Source of the DNA: Marsupella aquatica
Taxonomy: Eukaryota; Plantae; Marchantiophyta
NCBI GenBank assembly: GCA_973895155.1
Contig: OZ316894.1
Coordinates: forward strand, 12,068,828-12,132,827
Direction of reading: 5' to 3'
Length of the DNA stretch: 64,000 bases
A program made the position numbers and the translations under genes. Under the pieces are notes generated by a model. The model did not search any database and was not told the origin of the DNA. It saw only the letters and a list, made by a program, of their open reading frames with translations. Shown here one piece after another: positions 62,440 through 64,000 of this stretch. Position 1 is the stretch's first letter; the number at the start of each line of letters is the position of its first letter.

Positions 62440-63560
62440 ACAGAAGATACCTACCCTGGATGTCAAACTTTCGGTAGTTCTGTCCCACTGCACAACAGTC
62501 TTCACATCCAAAATAATTGCATCAGTTACTCTGGCCACGGACGACAAATGCAAGTAAGAAGAAATACACTGGATAAATGAAAATAGACTTAGTCCAGAAT
62601 GACCACTCCGATGAAGATTATGTACTCTGAGCTAAAACTAGAAACTGGCCTGACGGCTACAGATGTTACTCAAAGTTGAAGAGACACATAAGGAACGAAT
62701 CTCAAACTGGGAAAGAGCTTTCTGCTCGTAGCCAACGAATGCTACTTTCTTGATTGTAGCCAACTGCACATTCCAAATTCTCTTTCCATTGTATCTCAAG
62801 AAAGTAAATGCCGATCTGTCCATTCATTTCTTTAGATACAAAAGAAAGTGAGACCCCAAGCTTCCATTTCGGCTTCCCATTTCTTTATGTCCATTGAAAG
62901 TGAATTTGAACGCGTCATTAGTACTCTGTAACTGTAGCCAATGAACTGGGGACATACCAGGATGGCGCAGCTATTATGAAATATTGATACTTGAACTTCA
63001 TAATTCGGTATTAGGAAGAAGGCATTAGTTGGCCACCACTCACGACAGAATGTTTTTCTAATTCAAGCTAGAGATGATGATTCCTTCAGTGAGCCTCTTC
63101 AACCCTGAGCACATAGGCTATCCACAAAATTTTTAGGCATCCTTTGCATGATCAGAAACTCTGGCTCCGTCGGAGTTTGTGCTCGCGAGTGGTCATTCTG
63201 TACTTCCTCTAACGGATCTCACATGTCTCCTCATGAATCCATGTCTTGTTTTGTTTCATTCGTGTCCCTCGTCATTTTATATGTTGAAGGATTTCTGTAA
63301 TGACCATAAATATGGTCCCATATCTGTGCAGCCTTCTGGATAGTGTTGCATGATCTGCTCGATTTTAGGTCTAGTGGTGGAAGGAAACTCAATCAGAACG
63401 AGTGCAAAGAAATGTTATTCATGCAGTCTTGTAGACACCAAGCGAGGTTTTGTTCTCGTATGCTTGCATTTGAAAAATTCTGTGTTGGGTTCAAGAAAGC
63501 TTGGTTTACTTTTTGGATTCTTGGTCAGCCTGTTGAGATATTTGGGTGACTCGATCATGA
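62440..63560 (+). mobile_element. Possible highly decayed LINE (L1-like) ORF2 3' remnant
   Basis: Fragmentary peptides TYPG (YLG-like), KERISNWE, AFWIVLHDLL and CYSC...C occur in the order expected for the RT C-terminus and zf-RVT; many stops. Confidence 0.3.
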
Positions 63561-64000
63561 GTCTCCATCAATTAGATTGACTTCTTGGACGGGCAGCTTG
63601 AGAAATTCATGGAAGGGTGGGTTCCGTAGGACCACCACTATTTTGCTTTGACCATGCTTTTTGTCAGTGAATTTGAGTTACAGTATAGCATGTTAAAGCT
63701 CAAGTGATTTGACATAGACCTCTAGTTATGGGTGCTAGTGCGCTTATGCAAAGGCTTGCCCCTTTAGAGTAGATCTCCCACTTTATAGATTAGGTTTTGA
63801 CATTAGACTTGGAGCATTAGCTCATCACACTCTAGTATTAAATATGAACTATTGGAGTGGTAGCTCCTTTTCCTTTTTGTTAACTTTTTATTTCCAGGAT
63901 CTGCTTTTCCGCTTCTTTCTCTCTCTTGCTTTCCCTCTCTGAACTTTCTTTAACACTTTTCCGTAAATTATATAAGATTGTAAGCTTTTACTCGTTTGAT

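Overview
Eukaryotic land-plant nuclear DNA. Gene structure and composition suggest a bryophyte, possibly a liverwort (inference only). Seven apparently intact protein-coding genes could be spliced by hand: an AT3G09050-like plastid membrane protein, the AIP2-type RING-H2 E3 ligase, aminodeoxychorismate synthase (PabA-PabB fusion), bystin/ENP1, RNF113A/CWC24, UBA3/ECR1 (NEDD8/RUB E1 catalytic subunit) and a GDSL esterase/lipase. The most unusual region is a chimeric block at about 14.5-20.3 kb. It holds an orphan ClpX exon, a decayed partial copy of the UBA3 locus that lacks the catalytic Cys and carries a tRNA-derived SINE with an 18-bp target-site duplication (TSD), and about 1.7 kb of decayed reading frame of unknown family. 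Intergenic DNA contains structurally definable small mobile elements: a Harbinger MITE, hAT MITEs, a solo LTR nested in a G-rich element, and two possible Helitron2/Helentron-like elements, plus many tandem arrays. I found no convincing novel multi-gene system. The best leads are the chimeric block and the unclassified elements.
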